From assembly GCA_965208835.1 (NCBI GenBank), contig OZ242358.1:672001-736000 (forward strand): a DNA stretch of 64,000 bases. The letters run 5' to 3'. Origin of the DNA: Candidatus Latescibacterota bacterium. Lineage in GTDB: Bacteria > Latescibacterota > UBA2968 > GCA-2709665. The notes under the pieces were generated by a model. That model worked only from the letters and a program-made list of their open reading frames with translations, ran no database searches and was not told where the DNA came from. A program made the translations under genes and the position numbers. This document shows positions 1 to 9,709 of this stretch, in pieces; position 1 is the first letter of the stretch, and every line of letters starts with the position of its first letter.

Positions 1-1180
1 CCAGCAGTTGTGGGTGTACTTCACGCAGTACTCGATGGTCCACGTGAGCCTGAATTTCTATACCATCGGGTTCGCGTACATGACCGGCCTGGACCTGCTG
101 CTGAGTATCTGGCTGTTTCATCTGTTCTACATTCTGGAGATCGCGGCGTTCGCCAGGATTGGACTGGGTGTTGCGGGATTCTCCGGGGGAGACGTGTCGT
201 GGCAGGGCGGCGGCGCGATGATGTGTTACGTGGGCCTGGCGCTGTGGACGGCCCGGGGGCACCTCGGGCGGGTGGTTCGCCGCGCGCTGGGTCGAGCGGA
301 CGGAGCAGAGGACGCCGGGGAGCTGATGAGGTACCGATGGGCGGTGTGGGGGCTGGTTCTGGGAATGGCTTTTGTCATCTGCTGGTTGCGGATGGCCGGT
401 ATGGGACTGCTCCTGTCCGCGGCGTTGACCGTGCTGCTGTTCCTCAGTTACCTGGGTCTCACGCGGATCGTGGCGCAGACAGGTCTGCTCTACGTCAACT
501 TGCCGCAGAGCGCCCAGGGGCTTATTCTGGGCACCGCGGGCGCGGCGTCCATTCCGGCGCCGGGGCTGACGGCCATGGCGTTTACCAATGTCTTCGCCAA
601 TGATCACATGGGGTTGTTCATGCCAGCCTTTGCGCAGATTGCAAAGCTGGCCGAACGGGTGGAGCGCCACCGAAGGCGGCTGGGGTGGGTGGTGGGGCTG
701 GGCCTGTTGACGAGCATCGCGACGTCCGTGGCTCTTACACTTTATTGGGGATATTCCGGCGGGGCGTACAATTTCGGCAGTATCGCGCTCTTCCGGAGAA
801 CGGTCCCGAGCGTGAACGGATACGTGAGCCACATGCGCAGCCCGGACCCCGTTCACGCGGCGTCGTTCATCCTCTTCGCGGCCGGCGCCGCGGGAATGGC
901 CCTGCTGGCGTTCCTGCGATACCGATTCAACTGGTGGCCGGTGCACCCGGCCGGGCTGGCGGTGGGCTACACCGGCATGACAAGGCACGCGGCCTTCAGC
1001 ATCTTCGCCGCATGGGTTTGCAAGTTTATCGTGATCAAGACGGGCGGCATGCTGCTTTACCGGAGGACCGTGCCGTTCTTTATCGGGACCATCGTCGGAT
1101 ACGCGTTGGCCGTTCCCCTGGGTTACGTGCTGGACGTGATCTTTTTCCCGGGTCAGGGGCACGGAGTTCACGCGTATTGA
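1..1180 (+). CDS. DUF6785/DUF6784-type polytopic membrane protein (putative transporter), 5'-truncated by window edge
   Basis: Frame is open from the window start. Many hydrophobic segments. Motifs NFYTIGFAY, GAYNF, LRYRFNWWPVHP and PFFIG..GY...D.IFFPGQGH are shared with the paralogues at 59911 and 62293. Confidence 0.75.
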   Translation, partial: QQLWVYFTQYSMVHVSLNFYTIGFAYMTGLDLLLSIWLFHLFYILEIAAFARIGLGVAGFSGGDVSWQGGGAMMCYVGLALWTARGHLGRVVRRALGRADGAEDAGELMRYRWAVWGLVLGMAFVICWLRMAGMGLLLSAALTVLLFLSYLGLTRIVAQTGLLYVNLPQSAQGLILGTAGAASIPAPGLTAMAFTNVFANDHMGLFMPAFAQIAKLAERVERHRRRLGWVVGLGLLTSIATSVALTLYWGYSGGAYNFGSIALFRRTVPSVNGYVSHMRSPDPVHAASFILFAAGAAGMALLAFLRYRFNWWPVHPAGLAVGYTGMTRHAAFSIFAAWVCKFIVIKTGGMLLYRRTVPFFIGTIVGYALAVPLGYVLDVIFFPGQGHGVHAY

Positions 1181-1216
1181 CTTAGAAGCTCCATATGTAA
1201 CGAAGGGAGTGATCCG

Positions 1217-4200
1217 ATGCGTATTCCACCGGTGTACACGGAACTGAAGGACCTGAATCTCGATACTGAACTGGTCCGGAACGGCCGGCCGAACGCAACG
1301 ATCGTGGTTCCGGAAGGCGGACGATATGCCGGGGCCGCGAATCGCGTTCAGGCAGCGATTCAGGCACGTACCGGGGTGCTTGTACCCGTTGACGATGACT
1401 TGTCCGCGGCCGGCGCCGTGCCCATCTCGCGGCATCTGATCGTGCTGGGCAACCGGTCCAGCAATCGAACGATAGAATCGCTATATAACCAATACTACAC
1501 GCTGCTGGACCTGCGCTATCCGGGCCCGGGCGGGTACGAGGTCCGGTCGCTCCACAATCCGTTCGGCAACGGGCACAATGTAATCTTCGTGGGCGCCAGC
1601 GACGCGGAGGGTGTGGAAGCGGCCGCCGACACGCTGGCGGGGAAGGTGTCGGAAGCGAAGGCCGGGGAAGACGGGTTTTCGCTGGGGCGCCTGATGGAGA
1701 TCGAGCTGGGGCGGGGGATCCGGGTCCCCGATGACATCCGGGAATTCGAGACATGGGAGGCGTCCGCCGGTTACGGTTCGGTGGGGTATTTCGGATGGAA
1801 CAGTATCAGCAAGCGAATGGCGATGTACTACATGACCGGAGACGCCTTCCACGCCCGGGAAGCCATCCGCCTGGCCTTCCCGGACGACCTGGCGATGGCG
1901 GAGATTACGGAAATCGACGGAGAGCGGATCGAGAACAAGGACGAGCCGCTGAGCGGACCCTACCACTATAACGCGCACATGATGATCCTGTACTGGGATC
2001 TGATAGAAGAAAGCCCGGTATTCACCGATGAAGAGCGATTGCGTGTGACGAACGCGTTCGCCGCACAGTTCGGCCACGCGCAGGACCAGGGCGCCAGGCG
2101 GCGCGTGGTGGAGAACGTGCGTAGCGGTACGAGTGGATTCGCAGATCCCCCGCACAGCGTGGGTTCGCGGCACGGGCAGTGGTCCGCGATTTCGTTATAC
2201 TGTCTGGGCCGTTACTTTAACAACCACTACCCGAGCGTGCTGTGGGAGCAATCCATGGAGGCGGCCAGGTGGCATTTCGCATCGCTGCATCACCACGCCC
2301 TGGTGGACGGGGAACACGACAATCTGTTCTGGTACAATACGGGAATGGCGCCTGTTCTGAGCTATATGCTGCTCACCGGCGACCGTAAACCCATTGAAAA
2401 CGGCGTAATGGCCAACCTGCTTCGCGGGCAGGAGATCCTCGCCTCGGGGCGCGAATCCGATTGGGCCCTGAATTCCGCGTCCATCGGATTTCTCAACAAG
2501 GCCGCCTATCTGACGGGTGACGGCCGCTACCGCGAGTACCTGCGCCGGACCGGGATGGACCTGAACATCTTCCGGCTGGGGCAGTCCTTCTGGCCGGAAG
2601 ACGATATCGAGCCCCGCCTGCCCACGGATCTTGTGAACCGGTGGTCCATCCATCCCATCCCCGAGCCGCTGTGGCAGGAGCGTCACAGCGGACTGCCGCT
2701 GGACGAGTCGTATCTGTTCGGCAGTTTTCGCAGCGAGGCGGATTCAACCGGCGATTTCATTCTGATGAAGGGGATGAACGGCGCGTCCCGAAACGCGTAT
2801 CACACCTTTGTCGTCCTGGAACTCCGGCTGGATGGAGAGACGTTGCTGGAAGGCTACCTGAACCAGGTGTTGACGCGTTCCGAAGGGATGGTGGAGCCGG
2901 TGGTGGCGATGGATTCCGCGCTGAAGTACCGGGACGTGGTCGGGGGAACCGCCGTGGTCGCGGCAGAGGTTCCGAGGGCGGCGTTCTGCAGCTGGCGCAG
3001 GACGCTTGCGCAGCGCGTCGGCCGGTACGCGCTGTTTGTCGACCGTCTGACGTTCCGGGCGGACAGCGAGGAACTGGAGGTGGAGTTCCTGTGGCAGGGG
3101 AAGGGCGCGTGGGAGGCACTGCCGGATGGCGGCGCCGCGCGTATCCGGGATAACGCCCGGATCTGCATGTCGGATCCGCTAGAGACGGACGTTGAGGACA
3201 GCCAGGCCAGCATGCTGTGGCGGGGGGCCGTGCAGAAGGGAAGTGGGGGATGCTGGTTTTCGCTGCTGGCGGGCGACGGGACGGTGTGCGCGCGGTTGGC
3301 TGAAAACGCGGCCGCATTGGCGCTCCCGGAGGCCGCCGTGGCCGCCGTGGGAGATTACGAGGGACTGAACGGCGATCTGGTGGTGCTGGCCGGAAGCCAT
3401 CTGCACGGCGTCAATCTGACAGGCGTGGCAATGGGCGCGTCGCTGTTCCGCGCGAGTGCGCCGGTTCAGGTCGACTGGGACTTTCACGTTGGCGCGCTGG
3501 AAGTGGTCGCGGCTGAAGAGACCGAGATTTGGCTGACCGTTTCCGATCCGGACGGGGTGCGCGTCGGCGGAAGCGTCCCGGAGTACGGGGGAGATGGAAC
3601 GGATCCGGGTTCGGCGACCATCCGAATCCCCGCGGGGAGGCATTCAATTACCGGCGCGGCGCCCGATGCGGCCGCGCTTGAAAGGGTGACGGCGCGGCTC
3701 TCGGGCCTTCTGGAGCAGGGCCGGGATGCCAGACGGCGATCCGCGGCCGCGTCATCGCCCGTCTTGCCGGAGGTGCCGTCTGCAACTTCGGTTTTCGCAT
3801 CGCGGGTGGGCGGCGCCATAGTAGACCTGGTCGCGGTCGACTCGGGCGGACAGACGCTGATCTGTGCGGCCGAAGACCGGAATATCCACGTGTTGTCGCA
3901 GGGGGGCGAGAAACTCCGGACCATGCCGACCGACGGTCCTATCCGTCTCCTCCACTGGTGGGAGGAGCACAACCTGCTTCTGGCGGGATGTGAGGACGAG
4001 AAGGTCATCGCGTTCGATCCGGATTCCGGCGACCGGAGATGGGTCTTCGTCTCGGAGGAAGACCCCGCCGTGTTCAGGGCCGCTAAACCCTACTGGTTCA
4101 AGACGGCGCCGGGACACGCGGGTGTTCATGGACTCCATTCGGGTGTTTTTCTGGATGGCAGAAGCCAGGCATTCGTGGGCAGCGCCTGCACGCTCGAGAT

Positions 4201-4939
4201 TCTGGATGAAAACGGGAACCTGGTGAAACGGCTTCCGGTATTCTGGGGGCCGGGTTCGCGGTTCGCCCTGATCGACGGACCCGAAGGCAGCATCGACCTG
4301 CTGATCGCGAGGCAGCCCACGGACTCCCACGCGATGGCCGTCGTGAACAACCGCGAACTGGATCCGAAGCAGCGCGCCTTCCACGACGTGCCGGACGGAC
4401 ATACGAGTATCGGCGGGTGGGCGTGCATGAGCCGGAAGCACATCTTTTACGGCGACCTGGACGGGGACGGCAGGAAAGAAGTCGTCAGCGAGATCAACGG
4501 GACGTGGAACCGGGTAACGGTCTGGTCTCGGGACGGGCGCGCCCTGCACAACGTTCACCTGGGGCCGGGGCAGCGCATTCCGGCGAACAACGTCCGGGAC
4601 TTCGACGTGATCGACCTGGATGGCGACGGAAGAAAGGAGCTTCTCGCGGCGCTTTCGGGCGGGCTGATCCTGGCCCTCGACCACCAATGCGAAAGGATCT
4701 GGTCGAAGCGATTGCCGTCCCCGCCGACGGTGATGGCGGCTCTGGGGGTGGAGGGCGGCGCCAGGGTGGCGGCCGGCTGCGAAGACGGGACACTGGTCGT
4801 CCTGGACGGCGACGGACGGGTTGTCCTTTCGGGGAGATTGACCGGGAGGCCGACCTGCATCGTGGCGGTGGACGGAACGGTTGTACTGGCGACGGACCGG
4901 GGGGAGATCAGCCGGTGGCGGGCGGATGACGGCCGATGA
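1217..4939 (+). CDS. Large lyase-like protein, paralogue 1 (alpha/beta N-domain + alpha/alpha toroid + heparinase II/III-like sandwich + FG-GAP/PQQ propeller)
   Basis: 1240 aa, GGGAG RBS. Family motifs LGN..N..LY...DL.YPG.GGYEVRSLHNPFGNG.N and WDLIEESPVFTDEERL. C-terminal DLDGDGRKE repeats. No signal peptide. Confidence 0.7.
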   Translation: MRIPPVYTELKDLNLDTELVRNGRPNATIVVPEGGRYAGAANRVQAAIQARTGVLVPVDDDLSAAGAVPISRHLIVLGNRSSNRTIESLYNQYYTLLDLRYPGPGGYEVRSLHNPFGNGHNVIFVGASDAEGVEAAADTLAGKVSEAKAGEDGFSLGRLMEIELGRGIRVPDDIREFETWEASAGYGSVGYFGWNSISKRMAMYYMTGDAFHAREAIRLAFPDDLAMAEITEIDGERIENKDEPLSGPYHYNAHMMILYWDLIEESPVFTDEERLRVTNAFAAQFGHAQDQGARRRVVENVRSGTSGFADPPHSVGSRHGQWSAISLYCLGRYFNNHYPSVLWEQSMEAARWHFASLHHHALVDGEHDNLFWYNTGMAPVLSYMLLTGDRKPIENGVMANLLRGQEILASGRESDWALNSASIGFLNKAAYLTGDGRYREYLRRTGMDLNIFRLGQSFWPEDDIEPRLPTDLVNRWSIHPIPEPLWQERHSGLPLDESYLFGSFRSEADSTGDFILMKGMNGASRNAYHTFVVLELRLDGETLLEGYLNQVLTRSEGMVEPVVAMDSALKYRDVVGGTAVVAAEVPRAAFCSWRRTLAQRVGRYALFVDRLTFRADSEELEVEFLWQGKGAWEALPDGGAARIRDNARICMSDPLETDVEDSQASMLWRGAVQKGSGGCWFSLLAGDGTVCARLAENAAALALPEAAVAAVGDYEGLNGDLVVLAGSHLHGVNLTGVAMGASLFRASAPVQVDWDFHVGALEVVAAEETEIWLTVSDPDGVRVGGSVPEYGGDGTDPGSATIRIPAGRHSITGAAPDAAALERVTARLSGLLEQGRDARRRSAAASSPVLPEVPSATSVFASRVGGAIVDLVAVDSGGQTLICAAEDRNIHVLSQGGEKLRTMPTDGPIRLLHWWEEHNLLLAGCEDEKVIAFDPDSGDRRWVFVSEEDPAVFRAAKPYWFKTAPGHAGVHGLHSGVFLDGRSQAFVGSACTLEILDENGNLVKRLPVFWGPGSRFALIDGPEGSIDLLIARQPTDSHAMAVVNNRELDPKQRAFHDVPDGHTSIGGWACMSRKHIFYGDLDGDGRKEVVSEINGTWNRVTVWSRDGRALHNVHLGPGQRIPANNVRDFDVIDLDGDGRKELLAALSGGLILALDHQCERIWSKRLPSPPTVMAALGVEGGARVAAGCEDGTLVVLDGDGRVVLSGRLTGRPTCIVAVDGTVVLATDRGEISRWRADDGR

Positions 4940-4963
4940 GCCGGACCTTTGGCAGGAGGAACT

Positions 4964-7900
4964 ATGAAATCGGACCAGGAGTCGGTCGGACTTAAAGTCG
5001 ACGAATTGAAGGACATGCACCTGGAGACGTTACTGGCGGCCGACGGCCGACCCGGAGTGAAGATCGTCATCGGGGACAGCCCCGCCCACCGGCGTCTGGC
5101 TGTGCGAATCGTCGAACGGATTGAGGCCACCACAGGCGCCCGTTTGCCGGTCGTCCGCGCCGACGATGCGTCAGCCGCCAGGGGACTGTTCGACACACAC
5201 GTGGTCGCACTGGGAAACATGGCGGACAACCCCTTCGTCCGCTGGCTGTATTACCAGTGGTGGGCGATCGAAGATCTCTGTTATCCAGGTGAGGGAGGGT
5301 ATACGCTGCGGACGCTGCACAACCTGCTGGGAAACGGAAGGAACGCGGTCCTGTTGGGAGCCAGCGACGAAGCCGGTCTGGACCGCGCGGCTTCGCGGTT
5401 TCTGGAGCGAGTCGGCACGGGCGCGAGGCCGCGTTTCGGATGGCTGATGGACGTCGAGCCCGGCACGGCCTTCGATTCGCTCCAGCAGCCGCCTGACGGC
5501 TGGCTGGACGAGCGACGCGAGGACTACATCCGGCAGGTCAGCCAGCCGCATGCGTCCAAGGCCGGGGCGGGGCACGGGATGGTTACCGAGGCGGGAAGGC
5601 AGGGGTTCGCGTATCATCGGACGGGATATGAGGTCCATGCCAGAGCATTACGCGAAGCGGTGGATGCGCACCTGAAGATGGGGGAGCACGGCGTGATGGC
5701 GCATTTCAACGTGTGGTGGCTGGCGGTGATCTGGGACCTGATCGAGGAGAGTCCGGTTTTCTCCGATGCGGACCGCCTGCGGATCACGCGCTATCTGCTG
5801 TGGCTGATGGACTCGAACGAAGGCGCATACAACAGGTTTTTCCGTGAGGGCGTTGGTCACAGGATGGTGAGACAGAACCACCAGACGCTGGTGGGCCTGT
5901 CGTCGTGGTTCGCGGGTCGATACTTCGCCACTCACTATGGCATGCCTGAGGCAGCGGAATGGCAGGCGGCGTCCGCGGACCTGTTCAAGGGACAGGCGGC
6001 ATCGTTCAAGCCCACAGAGGATGCGAATGCCTACCAGTGGACGACGCTGGATCATCTTCTGACCTATACGCTCGCAAGCGGGGACATGACGTACGTGGAC
6101 AACGGAAACTGCCTCCGGTCGCTGGACCAGGCGGTGTTGTACTGCAACAACCGCGGCGCGATGCCGCCGTTCGGCGACTCCGGTGGATGCCAGGTGCCGC
6201 CGCCTGCCAGTTTCCTGGCCAAGGCGGGGCACGTGCTGGGGGACGGACGCGCGGAGTTCCTCATTCGCTCACATTCGGACCGGGTGTCGCTCATCCATGG
6301 ATTCGAGAAATATTGCGGCGACGGACTGGCGCCCGAAGCGCCCTCGGATATGTCCGGCGTGCGGGTGCTGGAGGTCGCGAAGGGCTTCTACGAATTCGCC
6401 ACCGAGCCGAAAGCCCGTCCCTCCGAGGTAAAGCGTTTAAACCTGCCTCGTGACGAGGCCTTCGACACCCTGTGTTTTCGCGAGGGGTTCGACCGGGAGG
6501 ATCAGTACCTGATGATCCACGGGATATCATACGGTAACCACGGGCACGACGACGGAAACACCATCGTGGAGTTTTCGGCGAACGACCGGGTGTTCCTGGT
6601 GGATGCCTCGTACACGGAGGGGCCCACCCTGAAACATCACAACGGCGTGACGGCGGTCCGGAACGGAGAGCCCTGGGAGGTACCTGCACTGTGCGGGCTC
6701 GATGGATTGGCGGACCTGGACCGGACGGGCATGAGCCGGACCTCGATGGCTGGGGCGTGGGGAGCGCGATGTACAAGGAACGTGGTCTGGATCAAGGGGC
6801 GTTTCTTCGTGGTCATCGACGAGATCGAGGCCACGGAGGCCGGGACGTTCGCGCTGGAATGCAACTGGCGGTCGCTGGGAACGCCGACGCTGGATCGAGA
6901 TCGGCTGGAGACCGTGCAGCGCGACCCGGACAGCGGGCGGGAGGACCGGTTTGTCCTGGAAGGCGCCGGCGGAGACCGGGTGACGATGGAACGGGACTGG
7001 GAGGCCTTCGGGCACTGGTGGAAGGACTATCCGTATTCCGACGATTACGTCAATATTCTGCGTCAGTCCGTCAGCCGCGAGATGGCGGCGGGCGACCGGC
7101 ACACGTTCATCAATCTGTTCTACGCGACAAACGATGCGAAACCGCTGGACGTGCACATGCGGCGCGTCGGGGAGAACGCGGTCCTCGTGGAGGGATCGGA
7201 AGGGCGGATGTTGATCGGGACAGGCGGCGCGGACGGCACGTTTGCGGTTGGCCCGATTTCGGGAAGTGCGGACGTGTACGCGATCGGAGAGGGGTGGTTC
7301 GCCCTGCTCGGAGGCACGTTGTTGCGGGGAGACGCAACGCTTTTCGAGAGCGACGCGCGGGTGACGGTCGAGTTGGACCTGGCGTCCGGCGAAGGCGTGC
7401 CGACTGCGCTGTGGAGACTTCCTGAATGGCGTCCCGATGGTGGATCTGCTATCCGGAAGGAGTCGGCGCCGCCCCTGCGTGCTCTTTGGTCGCGTGACTT
7501 CGGGTCCGCGGTCCGATGCGCGGCGCGCAGGGGAGAGGGCGTGGTTGCGGGGACGCAGGACGGGCGCGTGGTGGCGCTGTCTCCCGATGGAGAAACCGAT
7601 TGGACGTTTCAGGCCGGGGACGCGGTGCTTTCGGTGTGTGCGGCGGGGCGGAACGGCGACGAGAGCGGTCCGGTGGCAGTCGGCACCAATGACCGATGTC
7701 TCTACTATCTGGATGGCGAAGGCGCCGTGCAGTGGTCGCACAGGTTCGAGATCTTTCGGGGAGGGTGGGCATGGTATACCCGCAATTCTTCCGTCGAGCT
7801 TGTCAAGGCCGCGGACCTTCGAGGCACGGGTCGGCCGGATATCCTGGCGGCGGTCACCGACCGGCAGCTCCATTGTTTCGACGCTGACGGCAACAAGCGC

Positions 7901-8560
7901 TGGAATTTCTTCATCTACGGGATCTTCGACCCGTTCTGCCTGGCCGACGTGGACGGCGACGGGCTGCCCGAGGTGATCGGCGGACCCGGGAGGATATCCT
8001 GCGGGGGTACCTGCTATGTGCTGGATGCGGACGGAAATGAGATCGCACAAAACGGGCTGGACGGATGGCCGTCGATGCTACCGGGGTGCGATGTGTATCT
8101 GTACGGGAGCGGCGACAATCTGATCGCGTGCGGAACGACCCGGTCGAAGGTACACGCGCTGAGACTCGACGGTCAGAAGCTGGCGCACCTTTGGACCCGG
8201 GACGTGGGCGAAGAGGTGCACGCGGTCGCCGCGGTGGATCTGGATGGCGACGGGAAGCCCGAGGTGGCGGCCGGTTCGGACTGTTACTACCTCTACCTGT
8301 TCGACGAAAACGGGACCGAGCGATGGCGGCGCAACCTGGAGGCCCCGGTGCGGCGGCTGTTTGCCTCCGACGTGAATCAGGATGGCGCGCCGGAGATCGT
8401 CGCCGGGTGTGAAGACGGGAGCGTCTGGATCCTGGACGGAGACGGACGGACCCTCGGCCTTCACCGTACCGAGGCAAAGATTCACGCCCTGACGCCGCAC
8501 GAGGACGGCCGCCTTCTGCTTGGATCTTCGGACGGGACGTTGTCGATGCTGGGTCTGTGA
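4964..8560 (+). CDS. Large lyase-like protein, paralogue 2
   Basis: ATG at 4964 after AGGAGG. Motifs WDLIEESPVFSDADRL, VRQNHQT, GNHGHDDGN.IVEF...D (heparinase II/III-type H-x-H-x-D), HHNGV, and FG-GAP repeats DVDGDGLPE/DLDGDGKPE. Confidence 0.75.
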   Translation: MKSDQESVGLKVDELKDMHLETLLAADGRPGVKIVIGDSPAHRRLAVRIVERIEATTGARLPVVRADDASAARGLFDTHVVALGNMADNPFVRWLYYQWWAIEDLCYPGEGGYTLRTLHNLLGNGRNAVLLGASDEAGLDRAASRFLERVGTGARPRFGWLMDVEPGTAFDSLQQPPDGWLDERREDYIRQVSQPHASKAGAGHGMVTEAGRQGFAYHRTGYEVHARALREAVDAHLKMGEHGVMAHFNVWWLAVIWDLIEESPVFSDADRLRITRYLLWLMDSNEGAYNRFFREGVGHRMVRQNHQTLVGLSSWFAGRYFATHYGMPEAAEWQAASADLFKGQAASFKPTEDANAYQWTTLDHLLTYTLASGDMTYVDNGNCLRSLDQAVLYCNNRGAMPPFGDSGGCQVPPPASFLAKAGHVLGDGRAEFLIRSHSDRVSLIHGFEKYCGDGLAPEAPSDMSGVRVLEVAKGFYEFATEPKARPSEVKRLNLPRDEAFDTLCFREGFDREDQYLMIHGISYGNHGHDDGNTIVEFSANDRVFLVDASYTEGPTLKHHNGVTAVRNGEPWEVPALCGLDGLADLDRTGMSRTSMAGAWGARCTRNVVWIKGRFFVVIDEIEATEAGTFALECNWRSLGTPTLDRDRLETVQRDPDSGREDRFVLEGAGGDRVTMERDWEAFGHWWKDYPYSDDYVNILRQSVSREMAAGDRHTFINLFYATNDAKPLDVHMRRVGENAVLVEGSEGRMLIGTGGADGTFAVGPISGSADVYAIGEGWFALLGGTLLRGDATLFESDARVTVELDLASGEGVPTALWRLPEWRPDGGSAIRKESAPPLRALWSRDFGSAVRCAARRGEGVVAGTQDGRVVALSPDGETDWTFQAGDAVLSVCAAGRNGDESGPVAVGTNDRCLYYLDGEGAVQWSHRFEIFRGGWAWYTRNSSVELVKAADLRGTGRPDILAAVTDRQLHCFDADGNKRWNFFIYGIFDPFCLADVDGDGLPEVIGGPGRISCGGTCYVLDADGNEIAQNGLDGWPSMLPGCDVYLYGSGDNLIACGTTRSKVHALRLDGQKLAHLWTRDVGEEVHAVAAVDLDGDGKPEVAAGSDCYYLYLFDENGTERWRRNLEAPVRRLFASDVNQDGAPEIVAGCEDGSVWILDGDGRTLGLHRTEAKIHALTPHEDGRLLLGSSDGTLSMLGL

Positions 8561-8648
8561 TCACGTAGACCGCGCGGCAGTTGTCCCTGGTAGCGGTCGC
8601 CGTGAATTCGAAATCGCCCCGCTCCGGAGCACTCTACAGGAGATTACC

Positions 8649-9641
8649 ATGTCGAAAATGCTGCGTGTCGGGTTGGTCGGATGCGGCGGGCAGAGCCGCC
8701 TCAATCTCGCTCCGGCTTTCTCCCGGACAGACTCCGCCCGGCTGGTTTCGTGCGCTGACGTGGATGAAGTCAGGGCGCGACAGGTGGCCGACGCGTTCGG
8801 AATCGATGCGGTACACGATTCCGCGGAGGAAGTCACGGAATGCGTCGACGTGGACGCGGTGGTCGTGGCCGTCCCTCACCGCTTCCTCAAGGACGTGGCC
8901 CTGTCGGCCATCGACGCCGGGAAGCACGTCTTTATCGAGAAGCCCATGGGTCTCAATGCGGCGGAAGGCGCCGAGGTGGTGGATGCCGCGGAAAGCCGGG
9001 GTGTGGTGGCCATGGTCGGCTATTGCATGCGCTATTCTCTCAGCAGGATGTTCATCAAGTCCCTGCTTGATCGAGGCGCTGTCGGAGACGTCAGCTTCGT
9101 GGCGGCCGGAAAGGGCGGCGGTCCATTGGGAGGGTGGCTCGGTGGACCATACGCGGAAGGCGGCGGTCAGCTCCTCTTTCTGGGCTCCCACCTGACCGAC
9201 CAGGTACTCTGGATGACGGGCGACGAGGCCGAGTCGGTTTCGGGAATCGTGAGATGGAACGCGGGAGGGACGGACGAGACGTCTGCCTATACCGTGCGGC
9301 TCAAGGGAGGCGCCGTGGCGACGTTTTCCGTCTCCCAGGCATCCGGCGTCGGGTACGACTTCGTCGACGTGTACGGAACCCGCGGGCGGGTTCGTGGCGA
9401 CTGGAAGGGCGACGTCGTGACCGTGGAGAGCCGGGTGATCCCTGAATACGCGCATCCCACCGTCCTGCGCATTCCCGGCGACAATCTCGAAGAGATGTGC
9501 TACCGGGAACTGGCCGCGTTCGTCGAGGCCGCAAACTCCGGAGTACGTGCTCCCGTCCCGGTATCGGACGGTCTTCGCGTGCTCCGAATCCTCGACGCCG
9601 TCGTCACATCGTCCAATTCGGAGAGCTGGATCGAGTTGTAG
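8649..9641 (+). CDS. Gfo/Idh/MocA family NAD(P)-dependent oxidoreductase
   Basis: ATG at 8649 after CAGGAG. Rossmann motif RVGLVGCGG, plus GKHVFIEKP and GGGQLLFLGSHLTD. Confidence 0.9.
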   Translation: MSKMLRVGLVGCGGQSRLNLAPAFSRTDSARLVSCADVDEVRARQVADAFGIDAVHDSAEEVTECVDVDAVVVAVPHRFLKDVALSAIDAGKHVFIEKPMGLNAAEGAEVVDAAESRGVVAMVGYCMRYSLSRMFIKSLLDRGAVGDVSFVAAGKGGGPLGGWLGGPYAEGGGQLLFLGSHLTDQVLWMTGDEAESVSGIVRWNAGGTDETSAYTVRLKGGAVATFSVSQASGVGYDFVDVYGTRGRVRGDWKGDVVTVESRVIPEYAHPTVLRIPGDNLEEMCYRELAAFVEAANSGVRAPVPVSDGLRVLRILDAVVTSSNSESWIEL

Positions 9642-9674
9642 CCGCAGGGCGGGGGCAAGACCTCGCCCTCCGGC
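9641..9674. repeat. Intergenic GC-rich stem-loop (REP-like)
   Basis: GCCG-C-AGGGCGGGG-GCAAGA-CCTCGCCCT-C-CGGC, overlapping a GTAG at the stop codon of the upstream gene. Confidence 0.4.
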
Positions 9675-9709
9675 CCCTCAGACAAAGCTGTCAGCCAGAG
9701 GCGAAAGGC

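Noticed and set aside
1217-1280. Shared N-terminal LKD(L/M).L.T.L segment of paralogues 1-3 as a microcompartment targeting peptide
   Set aside because: It looks more like the first strand of the N-domain than an amphipathic helix, and there are no shell genes in the window.
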